Positions 20,112 to 30,379 of a stretch of DNA of 64,000 nucleotides are shown here, in pieces. The notes beneath the pieces are model-generated. The model was not told where the DNA came from. It ran no database searches and saw only the letters and a program-made list of their open reading frames with translations. Every line of letters begins with the position of its first letter. Positions within the stretch are counted from its first letter, which is position 1. Made by a program: the position numbers and the translations under genes. Source of the stretch: an uncultured Roseicyclus sp. (lineage in GTDB: Bacteria; Pseudomonadota; Alphaproteobacteria; Rhodobacterales; Rhodobacteraceae); the NCBI GenBank assembly GCA_947500415.1, contig CANMRT010000001.1, positions 210,982 through 274,981 of the forward strand, given 5' to 3'.

Positions 20112-20612
20112 TTAGTTCGGCGGCGGGGCCGAGGGGGTCTGCACGCCGAGGCGGCGCAGACGCTCAAGCTCCGCATAGCGATCAAGCGACTGGTCACGGT
20201 AGGCGTCGAAGTAGACGTTGTTGCGGAACAGGCGCTCCAACACACGGCCATCGTTCTGGCGGCGGAATTGCTCATCTTCGGCAGCCAAGGTGCCACGGAT
20301 GTTGCCTTCGACCCCAAAGCGTGAGGCGTAGGAAACAAGGCCACCCGCCGTGGGCGCCGCATTGATGTTGCCACCAAGGGCCGCAATCGCATCTGCTTCT
20401 GGCGTCGGATCGGCAAGGTTGACGCCGCCAGGGGTCGGGGCTGGCAGTTCGCGCGACGTCGGCATCTGCAATTCCCGCGTCGGCACGACGCTGAATTCAT
20501 CCGGTCCGCTTTCGGTATTGCGCAGGTTCATGAGGTTCGGCACCGCATCACTACAGGCCGTCAGCGCCAGAACGGCGATGGTCATTCCCAAAATCTTGGT
20601 GCGCATTGGCAT
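20112..20612 (-). CDS. Lipoprotein, DUF3035 type
   Basis: Lipobox LTAC, GPDEFSVVP..L.MP motif; follows lspA. Confidence 0.8.
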   Translation of the reverse strand: MPMRTKILGMTIAVLALTACSDAVPNLMNLRNTESGPDEFSVVPTRELQMPTSRELPAPTPGGVNLADPTPEADAIAALGGNINAAPTAGGLVSYASRFGVEGNIRGTLAAEDEQFRRQNDGRVLERLFRNNVYFDAYRDQSLDRYAELERLRRLGVQTPSAPPPN

Positions 20613-20669
20613 TCGAACCTCTCCTTGCACGGTCGGTCTAGCGCATCTTCCCGTGGGCGTCACGGGGTA

Positions 20670-21143
20670 TCACGCGGGTTCCGGGCGAGAATCTGCAAAG
20701 AAGATAAGCCCAATTGCCCCGGCGAATATACCGACATCGGCGATGTTAAACGCGAAGGGGTTATTGATCCCGCAGCACGATATGTTGAGAAAGTCGATCA
20801 CCGCCCCATGGATCGCGCGATCGAGCGAGTTGCCAAGTGCACCGCCGATCACAGCCCCCGCCGCCAAAAGCGCGAGAGGTCGCGTCAGCCCTGTTTTCGC
20901 CCAGTACAGCAGCCACGCAATGATGACCGCTGCTACACCGATCAGCACCCAGCGCATGACCTCAGGCCCGCCTCCAAAGAGGCCAAAGTTGATGCCGGTG
21001 TTCCAGCCGAGGTGGAAGTTCAGTAACGGCGGCAGCACCTCCATATGCCCGCGTTCCAGCAGGTTTAGGCCATAAAGCACGCCGTATTTCGATCCCTGAT
21101 CGAGGGCAAACCAGATCACCGCGCTGAAGAAGACAAGCCGCAT
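20670..21143 (-). CDS. lspA: Lipoprotein signal peptidase II
   Basis: [35 protein letters not shown]. Confidence 0.95.
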   Translation of the reverse strand: MRLVFFSAVIWFALDQGSKYGVLYGLNLLERGHMEVLPPLLNFHLGWNTGINFGLFGGGPEVMRWVLIGVAAVIIAWLLYWAKTGLTRPLALLAAGAVIGGALGNSLDRAIHGAVIDFLNISCCGINNPFAFNIADVGIFAGAIGLIFFADSRPEPA

Positions 21144-21242
21144 GGGGCCTCCGTTGAAATCCTGCCTCTTATGTCAGCCGCAATGCCGCAAAAACAAGAC
21201 AGCTGTGAGGAGAGCCGTGAGGCTCAAGGATCGATTGAAGGG

Positions 21243-22829
21243 TCAGTGCCGGAAATGGCGCATACCTGTGAAGACCATCGCAAGCCCCGCCTCATCCGCT
21301 GCCGCAATCACCTCATCATCACGCATCGAACCGCCGGGTTGGATCACTGCCGTGGCCCCCGCCTCCGCCGCCGCCAGCAAGCCATCCGCAAAGGGGAAGA
21401 ACGCGTCGGACGCCACGACTGAGCCCTTTGCAGGCGTCTCAGGCAATCCCACGTCCTTGCCCATCCGCGCGGCCTTGAGCGCAGCAATGGTGGAGCTGTC
21501 CACGCGGCTCATCTGCCCGGCCCCTATGCCCACGGTCGCCGCGTTCTTGGCGTAGATGATGGCGTTAGACTTCACATGTTTCGCCACCGTCCAGGCAAAG
21601 CGCAAATCCAGCATTTCCTGCGCAGTGGGTTCCCGTTTGCTGACGATCTTCAGGGCCGAGGGGGCAACCCGCCCAGTGTCCTTGTCCTGCACCAACATCC
21701 CACCCGCGACTTGCTTGTAGGCCGTCACGCGAGACGACGGATCGGGCAGCCCGCCAGTTGTCAGCAGGCGCAAGTTCTTCTTGGCGGCAAAGACAGCTTT
21801 CGCGTCGTCGTCCGCGTCCGGCGCAATGACCACTTCCGTAAATATGCCCGCGATTTCCTCAGCCGTTGCGCCATCCAGCGTCTGGTTCAGCGCGATAATC
21901 CCGCCAAACGCGCTGGTTCGGTCGCAATCGAAAGCGGCGCGGTAGGCCTCCAGTACCGTTTCGCCCCGCGCCACACCGCAGGGGTTGGCGTGTTTGATAA
22001 TCGCCACCGCGGGGCCATCGGCGGGTGGAAATTCGGCCACCAATTCAAACGCCGCATCGGTGTCGTTGATGTTATTGTAGCTGAGCGCTTTGCCCTGATG
22101 TTGGGTCGCGGTCGCCACGCCGGGGCGGTTTGTTCCATCAAGGTAGAACGACGCCTTCTGATGCGGGTTCTCGCCATAACGCATTTCCTGCGCCAGCGTG
22201 CCTGCGAAGGCGCGGTGCGGCGGTGTTTCGATCTCAGCGGCCTGTGCCATCCAGTTCGACACGGCGGCGTCATAGGCGGCGGTGCGTGCATAGGCGGCCT
22301 GTGACATGCGTTGGCGGAACGCGAATGTGGTGCCGTTGTGGGCGGAGAGTTCCTCCAGCAGGCCCGGATATTGGCCGGGCGTCGTCAGCACCGTCACTGC
22401 GCCGTGGTTCTTGGCGGCGGCTCGGATCATCGCGGGGCCACCGATGTCGATGTTCTCGATGCAGGTATCGTAGTCCGCGCCCGCCGCAACCGTCGCCTCA
22501 AACGGATAGAGGTTCACAACCAGAAGGTCGATTGGGCCGATGCCGTGCTCTTCCATCGCGGCCACATGATCCGCGTTGTCGCGCAGGGCCAGCAGGCCAC
22601 CGTGGATCATCGGGTGCAGCGTTTTCACGCGGCCATCCATCATCTCGGGGAAGCCTGTGACCTCGGAGACATCCTTCACGTTCAGACCGGCCTCGCGCAG
22701 GGCTTTCGCCGTGCCGCCCGTGCTGAGTAGTTCAACACCGCGATCCGCCAAAGCTGCCGCAAATTCCAGAAGGCCGGTCTTGTCCGAGACGGAAAGCAAA
22801 GCGCGGGTCAGCGGGGCGGGATCTGGCAT
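21243..22829 (-). CDS. purH: Bifunctional AICAR transformylase/IMP cyclohydrolase
   Basis: [46 protein letters not shown]. Confidence 0.97.
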   Translation of the reverse strand: MPDPAPLTRALLSVSDKTGLLEFAAALADRGVELLSTGGTAKALREAGLNVKDVSEVTGFPEMMDGRVKTLHPMIHGGLLALRDNADHVAAMEEHGIGPIDLLVVNLYPFEATVAAGADYDTCIENIDIGGPAMIRAAAKNHGAVTVLTTPGQYPGLLEELSAHNGTTFAFRQRMSQAAYARTAAYDAAVSNWMAQAAEIETPPHRAFAGTLAQEMRYGENPHQKASFYLDGTNRPGVATATQHQGKALSYNNINDTDAAFELVAEFPPADGPAVAIIKHANPCGVARGETVLEAYRAAFDCDRTSAFGGIIALNQTLDGATAEEIAGIFTEVVIAPDADDDAKAVFAAKKNLRLLTTGGLPDPSSRVTAYKQVAGGMLVQDKDTGRVAPSALKIVSKREPTAQEMLDLRFAWTVAKHVKSNAIIYAKNAATVGIGAGQMSRVDSSTIAALKAARMGKDVGLPETPAKGSVVASDAFFPFADGLLAAAEAGATAVIQPGGSMRDDEVIAAADEAGLAMVFTGMRHFRH

Positions 22830-22851
22830 GAATGCTCCTTGGCGAATGGGC

Positions 22852-24594
22852 CTAAAACGGCAAATCAGGGGCGGGCAAAAGCGCGGCAGGGCGCGCGATG
22901 GACCACGACACCGCTGCCCCATACCCCCGGACGCGATTGGTTAAAACGATCTGTTTTGTCGCGCGTGGCCTCAGGCGGCCTGCATCGAAGTAGACGGAGG
23001 GCTGGATCGAAAGTTCCCCCTCGCCGCCATGGCGGAACACCCAGACCTCGTCATTTTCCAGAGTCAGCGACACCGCAGCGCCGCCCATATCCAGCTCCAC
23101 CACGACATTGGGGTGCAGATGGAACCGCGTGGAAAAGCGCAGGCCCACGTCGGACGGCAGGTTGCGATTGATCGACAAAAATTTCTCACGGTCCTGCGCG
23201 TCGAGTGCCGCCAACCCGTCTTCGCCTCGCAAAAGATTGCCATGATCTTCCAACGTCAGCGCGCGCAAGTGCACAAGGCCGTGGGTCCGTCGCCACCCGT
23301 CATGGGACAGGATCACGCCCTCGCCCTTGGTGATCTCGGACCATTGCACCGAAACGTCTGTCGGTCCTTCCGCAAACCCAAGGCGTTCCGGCGGGGTGTC
23401 GCGCGCCTTTTCGGTGAACCGGGACGAGGAATAGCCCTGCAACGACACGGTCGAATGGCTGACGGTTGCCCGCCCCGCGCGCCGCCAATCGGGGCCGAAG
23501 GCTGCACCTGAGCCCGCATTTACGATCAGCGGGTGGTTGGCGCTGGTCATCTCGAACGAAAGTGTTCCGGCGTGGGCGTTAGTGGACGCGGGCCCGATCA
23601 TTGGCGGGGCCGCGTCGGTGATTACCGTCACGCGGCCTGCCGCCATGCGGGCAAACCCCATGGCAAGGCCCTTCATCCGCGAGGGACGCACACCCGACTG
23701 GATCAGCGCCCCAATCAACCGCCCCGGCGCACCGCGCCCGCCGCCATGGGCGCGCACGAGGCTGCCATCGGCGTGGCGCACGGCGCGCAGGGTCGGGGCA
23801 ATGCGCATGATGGCGGTATCTATCGCGGGGTCGGCCTGCTTCCCGGTCTCTTGCAGGATTTGCGCGGCCCAGGTGAGCAGTACAAAAACCTCCAGCAATT
23901 CTTCGGGGTTGCGGGTGACGATGCCGCCTTGCGCATCAATCTCGCGCGCACATTCCTGGGCCAGGCCCTTCAGCGCCGGATCCAGACGCGTCTCCATCCC
24001 GATCAGCGCACATGCGGAGTAGATCAGCCCGGTCAAAGCCTCGAACCGAGGCAATCCGCTGGAGGTTTTGGGCCATGTGGCGGCCAGGAACGCCGTTTGG
24101 CGCGACAGGACGGAACGGAACGCCTGCGCGTCGCGGTCGTTTTGTCCGCTCATCAGAAACAGGGCTTGGCTGATCCAGCGGATTTGGCGACGCCCGGTCA
24201 GATCCGGGCTCCACCCCGGGCCCTTGCCCGATCCGTAGCGCGCCAACCAATCGCCAAGCCATGCTTGTGCCGTGGCGCGGCCACCACCATCGGGGATCGC
24301 GGCCAGATCATCGAGCCAATCGAACCCGTGCAAAGCCGCCTCGAACGCATCTGTCGGCGCGTCAATGTCCCAGGGGCTTTGACCGGAGCCTTCCACCAAG
24401 GCGCCGCCGAGCCGAAAATTGCCCGCCAAAAGCTGCCGCCCGCGCGCGGCAGAGCCGGGGAATCGCGGCTCCGGTTGCCATAAAAACCCCTGCATTTGCG
24501 GGCCAAACCCGGCCCGCCACGCCGCCCACCGATGGCCGCGCCGCGCATCGCGCGACCGGGGCCTGCCGGGGGAGGGGGAAAGCGGCTCGGACAT
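22852..24594 (-). CDS. Heparinase II/III-like protein conserved in alphaproteobacteria
   Basis: [29 protein letters not shown]; usual position between rsmB and purH. Confidence 0.8.
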   Translation of the reverse strand: MSEPLSPSPGRPRSRDARRGHRWAAWRAGFGPQMQGFLWQPEPRFPGSAARGRQLLAGNFRLGGALVEGSGQSPWDIDAPTDAFEAALHGFDWLDDLAAIPDGGGRATAQAWLGDWLARYGSGKGPGWSPDLTGRRQIRWISQALFLMSGQNDRDAQAFRSVLSRQTAFLAATWPKTSSGLPRFEALTGLIYSACALIGMETRLDPALKGLAQECAREIDAQGGIVTRNPEELLEVFVLLTWAAQILQETGKQADPAIDTAIMRIAPTLRAVRHADGSLVRAHGGGRGAPGRLIGALIQSGVRPSRMKGLAMGFARMAAGRVTVITDAAPPMIGPASTNAHAGTLSFEMTSANHPLIVNAGSGAAFGPDWRRAGRATVSHSTVSLQGYSSSRFTEKARDTPPERLGFAEGPTDVSVQWSEITKGEGVILSHDGWRRTHGLVHLRALTLEDHGNLLRGEDGLAALDAQDREKFLSINRNLPSDVGLRFSTRFHLHPNVVVELDMGGAAVSLTLENDEVWVFRHGGEGELSIQPSVYFDAGRLRPRATKQIVLTNRVRGYGAAVSWSIARPAALLPAPDLPF

Positions 24595-24655
24595 TTTAGC
24601 TTGGCTGCTCAGATGCTGGTTTTGTGGTGCAGGATACGGGGTTGAATGGGGCGTG

Positions 24656-25897
24656 TCACGCGCGGGTCAGGGCGGCCATGTAGAAGCCGTCGAGCCCGCC
24701 ACGGTCGGGCCAATGCGAGGGGAAGAGGCGCAGGCCGCCCTCTGGGCTGGCCCATTCCGCATCGCCGCCAAGGCTTGTTGGATCGGTGGGCACGACGCGC
24801 AGGTTTTCGTGGCGTTTCAGGGCGGCGGTAATCTGATGTTCGCCTTCGACAGGCAGGAGCGAACAGGTGCAATAAACCAGTGTCCCGCCGGGGTTCAGCA
24901 GGCTCAGCGCATGGTCGAGAAGTTGCATTTGCAGTTTGGTCAGCGGCTCAACCTCGCGCCCGTTTTTGACGAAGGGCAGGTCGGGGTGGCGGCGGATGGT
25001 GCCCGTGGCGGTGCAGGGCGCATCCAGCAGGATCGCGTCATATTTTACTTTGTGATCAAAGGCATCTTCGGTCACGAGCTTGGCGCTCAGGCCGGTTCGC
25101 GCGAGGTTCTCTGCAACGCGAGCCATGCGATGTTCGGACATGTCGAGGGCGGTGACATCGGCCCCGGCGGCGGCCAGTTGCATTGTCTTGCCACCCGGTG
25201 CGCAGCAGAGGTCGAGGACGGATTTCCCTTTGATATCAGGCAAAAGGCGCACGGGCAGGGCGGCGGCGGCATCCTGCACCCAAAACGCGCCCTCGTCGTA
25301 GCCGGCCAGGGCCGTAACCTGCGCGTGGCTGTGCAGGCGGAGCGAGCCGGTAGGCAGAACCTCGGCGCCTTCAATCGTGAAATCCGGGGACTTTGGTGTC
25401 AGGTCCAGCGGCGGAGCTTTAGCGTGGGCTTTTTGAATGGCCAGCAAGCCGTCCGCGCCAATGCGTTTGCGCAAGGCCTTGTCGACCCAAGGCGGTACGC
25501 GTTGGGGTGGGGCGCTGGCCAAAGCCTCAGGCCCATCGTCAATGACCTTGCGCAAAACGGCGTTCACCATGCCCGAGGCCTTGGCTGTCTTGGGGTGCTT
25601 TTTCGCAATAGAAACAAGCTCATGCGTGACGCCATGGGCATCTTCGCCGTTCCCCAAAAGCTCTGCCACACCAAGGCGCAGGATGTTCTGCACGGCCAGT
25701 TGCGGTTTGCGCATGGCATAGGGTTCCAGCACCGCATCAATCGCCCCGATCTGGCGCAGAACGTCGGTGGCAAGACGGCTGGCGCGCGCGGCCTCGGCCC
25801 CGCTGGCGGGGATGGTCACATGGGACAGCATTCGCTTTTCCCGCAGGACGGCATCGAGGAGGGTCAGCGCGATTTGACGGGCCAGCATGGGCGGCAC
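24656..25897 (-). CDS. RsmB/NOP family m5C RNA methyltransferase
   Basis: NusB-like N-terminus, VQDAAA, DLCCAPGGKT, LLDAPCTATG, YCTCS. Confidence 0.92.
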   Translation of the reverse strand: MPPMLARQIALTLLDAVLREKRMLSHVTIPASGAEAARASRLATDVLRQIGAIDAVLEPYAMRKPQLAVQNILRLGVAELLGNGEDAHGVTHELVSIAKKHPKTAKASGMVNAVLRKVIDDGPEALASAPPQRVPPWVDKALRKRIGADGLLAIQKAHAKAPPLDLTPKSPDFTIEGAEVLPTGSLRLHSHAQVTALAGYDEGAFWVQDAAAALPVRLLPDIKGKSVLDLCCAPGGKTMQLAAAGADVTALDMSEHRMARVAENLARTGLSAKLVTEDAFDHKVKYDAILLDAPCTATGTIRRHPDLPFVKNGREVEPLTKLQMQLLDHALSLLNPGGTLVYCTCSLLPVEGEHQITAALKRHENLRVVPTDPTSLGGDAEWASPEGGLRLFPSHWPDRGGLDGFYMAALTRA

Positions 25898-25964
25898 TTC
25901 CTTGTCTCAGATCAGGGGCCGCGTATATCAGGGGGAAGCCAAGTGACAAGCGGAGCCTGTGCAA

Positions 25965-26138
25965 ATGACCGATGCAAAAGACCTGACGCCCGAAGCGAAA
26001 CGCGCATTGGCCGAGGCAGAAGAGCGCCGGAAAAAGGCGAAAGAGCTGGAGTTGCCGACCGAATTGGGTGGGCGCGACGGGCCGGAGCCGGTGCGCTATG
26101 GCGATTGGGAGCGGAAGGGCATCGCGGTCGATTTCTGA
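25965..26138 (+). CDS. DUF1674 / SDHAF4-like small protein (57 aa)
   Basis: Below the ORF-track cutoff. Translation MTDAKDLTPEAKRALAEAEERR...ELGGRDGPEPVRYGDWERKGIAVDF contains the EP.RYGDWE.KG signature. Confidence 0.88.
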   Translation: MTDAKDLTPEAKRALAEAEERRKKAKELELPTELGGRDGPEPVRYGDWERKGIAVDF

Positions 26139-26146
26139 TCCGCAAA

Positions 26147-26288
26147 ATGCGTTCAAGTGAACGGTTATGCGTTCAGTTGAGCAGATATTTCACGAAAACT
26201 GCGTTCATCTGAGCAGACTTTCGGTGAGTTTTCGACCGCTTCGAAAACCCGTTCAGATGATCACATCTCTGCTCATGTGAACAGATAT
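26147..26288. repeat. Array of five GYTCA-NN-TGARC palindromes around an 8-bp inverted repeat
   Basis: Copies at 26151, 26171, 26203, 26251 and 26271; hairpin GTTTTCGA/TCGAAAAC at 26228-26248. Confidence 0.85.
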
Positions 26289-26296
26289 TGTGCCCG

Positions 26297-26656
26297 TTAG
26301 CGGATCCGAAAATCCGCGATGTCGCCGGTGCCCTGATCCGCGTGAAACCGGATTGCGCCGGGTTCGGCGGAGACGACCTGACAATTCCGGCCGAACTGCC
26401 GATCCCCGGCATCCAGCGTGCGGCAGAACATGCCGCCCTCCCAACTCCAGGTGCCGGTCACGTCGCGGCCAAGGGCGCGGCCGGAAATCGAACCATCGGG
26501 GCTGACCAGAAGCGAGACTCCCAGACGGGTGAGTTCGCGACCCTGCACATAGGACAGGAAAGTGCCGCGATCTGAAACGCGGGTGAGGTCAGCGAGGGCC
26601 GGTGCCGCAAGGCACAGCATAGCGAGTGCTGCGGTGAATAGGGTCTTGAAGGTCAT
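26297..26656 (-). CDS. Exported hypothetical protein downstream of dapB
   Basis: Signal peptide (AAPALA), beta-rich, with WSWEGG..CR and Cys pair; GGAGG RBS. Confidence 0.75.
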   Translation of the reverse strand: MTFKTLFTAALAMLCLAAPALADLTRVSDRGTFLSYVQGRELTRLGVSLLVSPDGSISGRALGRDVTGTWSWEGGMFCRTLDAGDRQFGRNCQVVSAEPGAIRFHADQGTGDIADFRIR

Positions 26657-26719
26657 GAATTCGTCCTCCGCGCGCTGAATTGGATGCTCGGGAGGTAGGG
26701 CGCAGTGCGCCGGGATCAA

Positions 26720-27526
26720 TTAAAGCCCCAGCACATCCATCATATCGAACTGGCCCGGACCTTTGCCTTGGCCCCAAAGGGCGGCCTTCAAAGCGCCGCG
26801 CGCGAAGATGGCGCGGTCGGTGGCGAGGTGGCGCAGAACGATACGCTCGCCGTCGGCGGCGAAGATCACGTCATGCTCGCCCACAACATCGCCGCCGCGG
26901 ATGGCGGTGAAGCCGATGTCACCGCGATTGCGCGCACCGGTGATGCCGTCCCGGCCCCGGTCGGAGACATCCGCCAGCGACACGTTGCGCCCTTCTGCGG
27001 CGGCCTCCCCCAGCATCAAAGCGGTGCCTGAGGGCGCATCAACCTTGTGGCGGTGATGCGCCTCGACGATCTCGATATCGAAATCCTCATCCAATGCGGC
27101 GGCGACCTGTTGGGTGAGTTTCACCAGCAGGTTCACCCCAAGGCTCATGTTTCCGGCACGGATGATGGTGGCATGGCGGGCGCAGGGTTCGAGTGCGGCG
27201 ATATCCTCATCGCTCATACCCGTGGTGCCGATGACATGGACGCAGCGGGCCTGAGCTGTCAGCTTCGCATGGGCCAATGTGGCGGCGGGCAAGGTGAAAT
27301 CGATGACCGCCTGCGCCTTGACGATGGCATCGAGCGGATCGCCGTAGACGGTCACGCCGGTGGTCGCACCGCCCATCGCTTCGCCCAGATCGCGGCCCAC
27401 CCAATCGTGGCCGGCGCGTTCCGTGACAGCGATCAGATGCGCCTTGTCGGAGGCGTTGATGATTTCGATCAGCATCTGACCCATGCGGCCCGACGCGCCC
27501 ATGATGGCGATTGCGGTGCTGTCCAT
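26720..27526 (-). CDS. dapB: 4-hydroxy-tetrahydrodipicolinate reductase
   Basis: [37 protein letters not shown]. Confidence 0.97.
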   Translation of the reverse strand: MDSTAIAIMGASGRMGQMLIEIINASDKAHLIAVTERAGHDWVGRDLGEAMGGATTGVTVYGDPLDAIVKAQAVIDFTLPAATLAHAKLTAQARCVHVIGTTGMSDEDIAALEPCARHATIIRAGNMSLGVNLLVKLTQQVAAALDEDFDIEIVEAHHRHKVDAPSGTALMLGEAAAEGRNVSLADVSDRGRDGITGARNRGDIGFTAIRGGDVVGEHDVIFAADGERIVLRHLATDRAIFARGALKAALWGQGKGPGQFDMMDVLGL

Positions 27527-27642
27527 GTGGTGCCTCCTACATCTTCGTGAAGCGTCGTAACGGAACCCCGCCGATCAGGGAAGCGTCAGCTTGCGGGGCG
27601 CGCGTGCATGGCCTACCTCTGGGACAGGTTAAGGACGGCTCC

Positions 27643-28050
27643 ATGGCACGCAATTCACATCACGAAGCTTCAGGCCCCTCGCAGCGGCAATTGCGGGTTG
27701 GCGAATTGATCCGCCGGACGTTGTCGAGTGTGCTGTCGCGCGGTGACGTGCATGACCCGGAATTGAATGCGATGTCGATCACGGTGGGTGAGGTTCGGAC
27801 CTCGCCCGATCTGAAGGTCGCGACCGTTTACGTGATGCCGCTGGGTGGTGGCGCGCGGGAAGAGGCCATTCAAGCGCTCAAGCGCAACAAGGGTGAGCTT
27901 CGCCGCGCGGTCATGAAGGACATGACGCTGAAATATGCGCCCGATCTGCGGTTCGTGATCGACGAAACCTTTGACCGGATGGATGAGACCCGCGAGATGC
28001 TGGCGCGCGCCGAAGTGCGCCGCGACGTCGAAAAGGAAGACGACGCATGA
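27643..28050 (+). CDS. rbfA: 30S ribosome-binding factor A
   Basis: [37 protein letters not shown]. Confidence 0.95.
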   Translation: MARNSHHEASGPSQRQLRVGELIRRTLSSVLSRGDVHDPELNAMSITVGEVRTSPDLKVATVYVMPLGGGAREEAIQALKRNKGELRRAVMKDMTLKYAPDLRFVIDETFDRMDETREMLARAEVRRDVEKEDDA

Positions 28051-28799
28051 TCCGTGCCGTCGCCCTTCTGACCGCCTTGCTGGCGCCGACACAGACCGAT
28101 GCCCAGTGCCAGACCGTTCTGTTTGACGAGGCGGAGTTTACCGCTTGTGAGGTGGATCTGGCGGCGTCTGACCTGCGCCTGTTCCTGCGCGATGGCGAAG
28201 GAGAGGTCTTTGGCACATTCGGGCGGGTCGAAGAGGCGCTGCCCGAGGGCCGCCGCCTTGGCATTGCGATGAACGCGGGCATGTTTCACGAGGATCGCTC
28301 GCCTGTTGGGCTATACGTTGAAGATGGTGAGCAGGAGATGCGCATCATCACCTCGGACGGGCCGGGGAATTTCGGGCTGCTGCCCAATGGGGTGTTGTGT
28401 CTGGGCGAGGGTGAGGCCGCAGTGGTTGAGAGCCGCACCTTCGCCGAGAACCCGCCAGAATGTCGCCACGCCACGCAATCGGGGCCGATGCTGGTGATTG
28501 ATGGCGATCTGCACCCGCGGTTCATTCGCGACAGCGACAGTTTGAACATTCGCAACGGCGTGGGTGTCGATGCAGAGGGTGAGCGGTTGTGGATGGTGAT
28601 CTCGGATCAGGCGGTGAATTTCCACCACTTCGCGCGGTTCTTCCGCGACCATCTGGGCACGCCGAACGCGCTCTACTTCGATGGCCGCGTCTCGCGCCTT
28701 CATGCGCCGGCGATCGGGCGGTCGGACCTTGGGTTTCCGATTGGGCCCATTCTGGGCGTGGTCGTTGGGGATGTTGACGCAGCCTCGGGCGATGGGTAG
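28047..28799 (+). CDS. Phosphodiester glycosidase family (YigE/DUF2233-like) exported protein
   Basis: [38 protein letters not shown]. Confidence 0.85.
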   Translation: MIRAVALLTALLAPTQTDAQCQTVLFDEAEFTACEVDLAASDLRLFLRDGEGEVFGTFGRVEEALPEGRRLGIAMNAGMFHEDRSPVGLYVEDGEQEMRIITSDGPGNFGLLPNGVLCLGEGEAAVVESRTFAENPPECRHATQSGPMLVIDGDLHPRFIRDSDSLNIRNGVGVDAEGERLWMVISDQAVNFHHFARFFRDHLGTPNALYFDGRVSRLHAPAIGRSDLGFPIGPILGVVVGDVDAASGDG

Positions 28800-28828
28800 C
28801 AGGCCGCTTCTGTCGTAGGGAGTTTGGC

Positions 28829-29734
28829 ATGGCGCGCAGACGCAAGGGCCGCGATATTTCAGGCTGGCTGTTGGTGGACAAACCTGCGGGGATGACCTCC
28901 ACCGCCGTGGTCAACAAGGTGCGCTGGTGCTTTGACGCGAAGAAAGCGGGCCACGCGGGCACGCTGGACCCCGACGCGACGGGGCTGTTGCCGGTGGCCC
29001 TGGGCGAGGCCACCAAGACGATTGCCTACCTTGGCGACGCGTTGAAAGCCTATGAGTTTCGCATGCGGCTGGGGGTTTCCACGAAGACCGATGATGCCGA
29101 GGGCGCGGTGATCGAGGAGCGGTCTGAGCGCCCTTCGGACACCGAGATTGAGGCTGCTCTGCCCGCGTTTGTCGGCGATATTCAGCAGGTGCCACCGCAG
29201 TTTTCGGCGGTGAAAGTGGATGGCGAGCGCGCCTATGACATTGCGCGGGGCGGGGGCGAGATGGAGCTTGCGGCGCGTGAATTGTATGTCGATGAACTGT
29301 CGCTGATTGCCCGTATTGATGCGGACCACGTGGATCTGCGGTTTGTCTGCGGCTCGGGCGGATACGTGCGGTCGATTGCGCGGGATCTGGGGGAGGCTTT
29401 GGGCTGCTTGGGCCACGTGCTGTGGTTGAAGCGGGTCTGGGTTGGGCCGTTTGATCTGGACGCCTCTGTTGGGTTGGACCGCATTGAGGCCCTGGCGAAG
29501 ACGGCGGAGATTGATGAGTTGTTGCAGCCGGTTGGACTGGCGTTGGACGGGATGCCTGAGTTGCGCGCGACCGAGGCCGGGGCGGTTCGGATGCGGAATG
29601 GCAATCCGGGGCAGGTCTTGCCGGGCGACGTGGAATATGGCGATCTGGCCTGGGCCTCGCTGGATGGGGTTCCGGTGGCGGTTGGGCGGTTTCGGAGTGG
29701 GGAATTGCATCCCGAACGGGTGTTTAATTTGTGA
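28829..29734 (+). CDS. truB: tRNA pseudouridine(55) synthase
   Basis: [36 protein letters not shown]. Confidence 0.96.
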   Translation: MARRRKGRDISGWLLVDKPAGMTSTAVVNKVRWCFDAKKAGHAGTLDPDATGLLPVALGEATKTIAYLGDALKAYEFRMRLGVSTKTDDAEGAVIEERSERPSDTEIEAALPAFVGDIQQVPPQFSAVKVDGERAYDIARGGGEMELAARELYVDELSLIARIDADHVDLRFVCGSGGYVRSIARDLGEALGCLGHVLWLKRVWVGPFDLDASVGLDRIEALAKTAEIDELLQPVGLALDGMPELRATEAGAVRMRNGNPGQVLPGDVEYGDLAWASLDGVPVAVGRFRSGELHPERVFNL

Positions 29735-29743
29735 GAATGGGAC

Positions 29744-29790
29744 GGGCCGTGGCGCGCCGCCCACCCACCCGCCCCGTCGCGCCACGGCCC
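29744..29790. repeat. Perfect 13-bp palindromic element after truB (terminator or REP-like)
   Basis: GGGCCGTGGCGCG / CGCGCCACGGCCC with a CCACCCACCC loop, followed by GGCGTTTT. Confidence 0.6.
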
Positions 29791-29834
29791 GGCGTTTTAA
29801 TCGCGGGCCGCGGCGCGTGTTGACGGGGGTGGAA

Positions 29835-29858
29835 TTGAGTATTTTTGAAACAAGGAAG
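29835..29858 (+). repeat. 24-bp dispersed intergenic repeat, copy 2
   Basis: TTGAGTATTTTTGAAACAAGGAAG, 22/24 identical to the reverse complement of 13365-13388. Confidence 0.7.
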
Positions 29859-29866
29859 GTGAGGGC

Positions 29867-30379
29867 GTGATTGAGCGGACGCATTTGAAGGGGGATGCGG
29901 CCTCGGTTGCGGTCTATTCCGATTGCGAGCGGTATCGCTACGCGCTGACCCGGGTTTGGGATGACGGCGGGCGCCGCGCGTTGTTCATCATGCTGAACCC
30001 CTCGACGGCGACTGAGGTGCAGAATGACCCGACGGTGGAGCGTTGTGAGCGGCGGGCGCGCACGCTGGGGTTTGGGGCGTTTCGGGTGTTGAACATCTTT
30101 GCCTGGCGCGCGACCGACCCACGCGACATGCGGGCGGCGGAAGATCCGGTGGGGCCGGGGAATGACGCGGCAATATTGGACGCCTTGGATTGGGCGGATG
30201 CGGTGATTTGCGCCTGGGGGACCCACGGGGAGCATCGCGGGCGGGGCCCGGAGGTAGCGGCGATGTTGCGCGATGCCGGCGTTGAAGTGATGCATTTGGG
30301 GCTGTCGAAGGCGGGGCATCCGAAGCATCCGCTCTATATCGGATATAGTGTTCAGCCGGAGGTGTGGCATGGCGATTGA
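29867..30379 (+). CDS. DUF1643 family protein
   Basis: YSDCERYRY.L.R.W, FIMLNPSTA, DPTV.RC, N.FAWRATDP, HPKHPLY. Confidence 0.88.
   Translation: MIERTHLKGDAASVAVYSDCERYRYALTRVWDDGGRRALFIMLNPSTATEVQNDPTVERCERRARTLGFGAFRVLNIFAWRATDPRDMRAAEDPVGPGNDAAILDALDWADAVICAWGTHGEHRGRGPEVAAMLRDAGVEVMHLGLSKAGHPKHPLYIGYSVQPEVWHGD

Noticed and set aside
24419-26212. 597-aa plus-strand ORF
   Set aside because: Antisense shadow of rsmB and neighbours in GC-rich DNA; no recognisable motifs.
26147-26288. CRISPR array or LexA boxes as the explanation for the palindrome array
   Set aside because: Units are only 12 bp, degenerate and irregularly spaced, with no cas genes. Alphaproteobacterial LexA sites are GTTC-N7-GTTC direct repeats, which do not occur here.
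27562-27587. EcfG-like GGAAC-N16-GCGTC upstream of rbfA
   Set aside because: Lacks the conserved TT of the -10 box, and rbfA is not an expected general-stress target.
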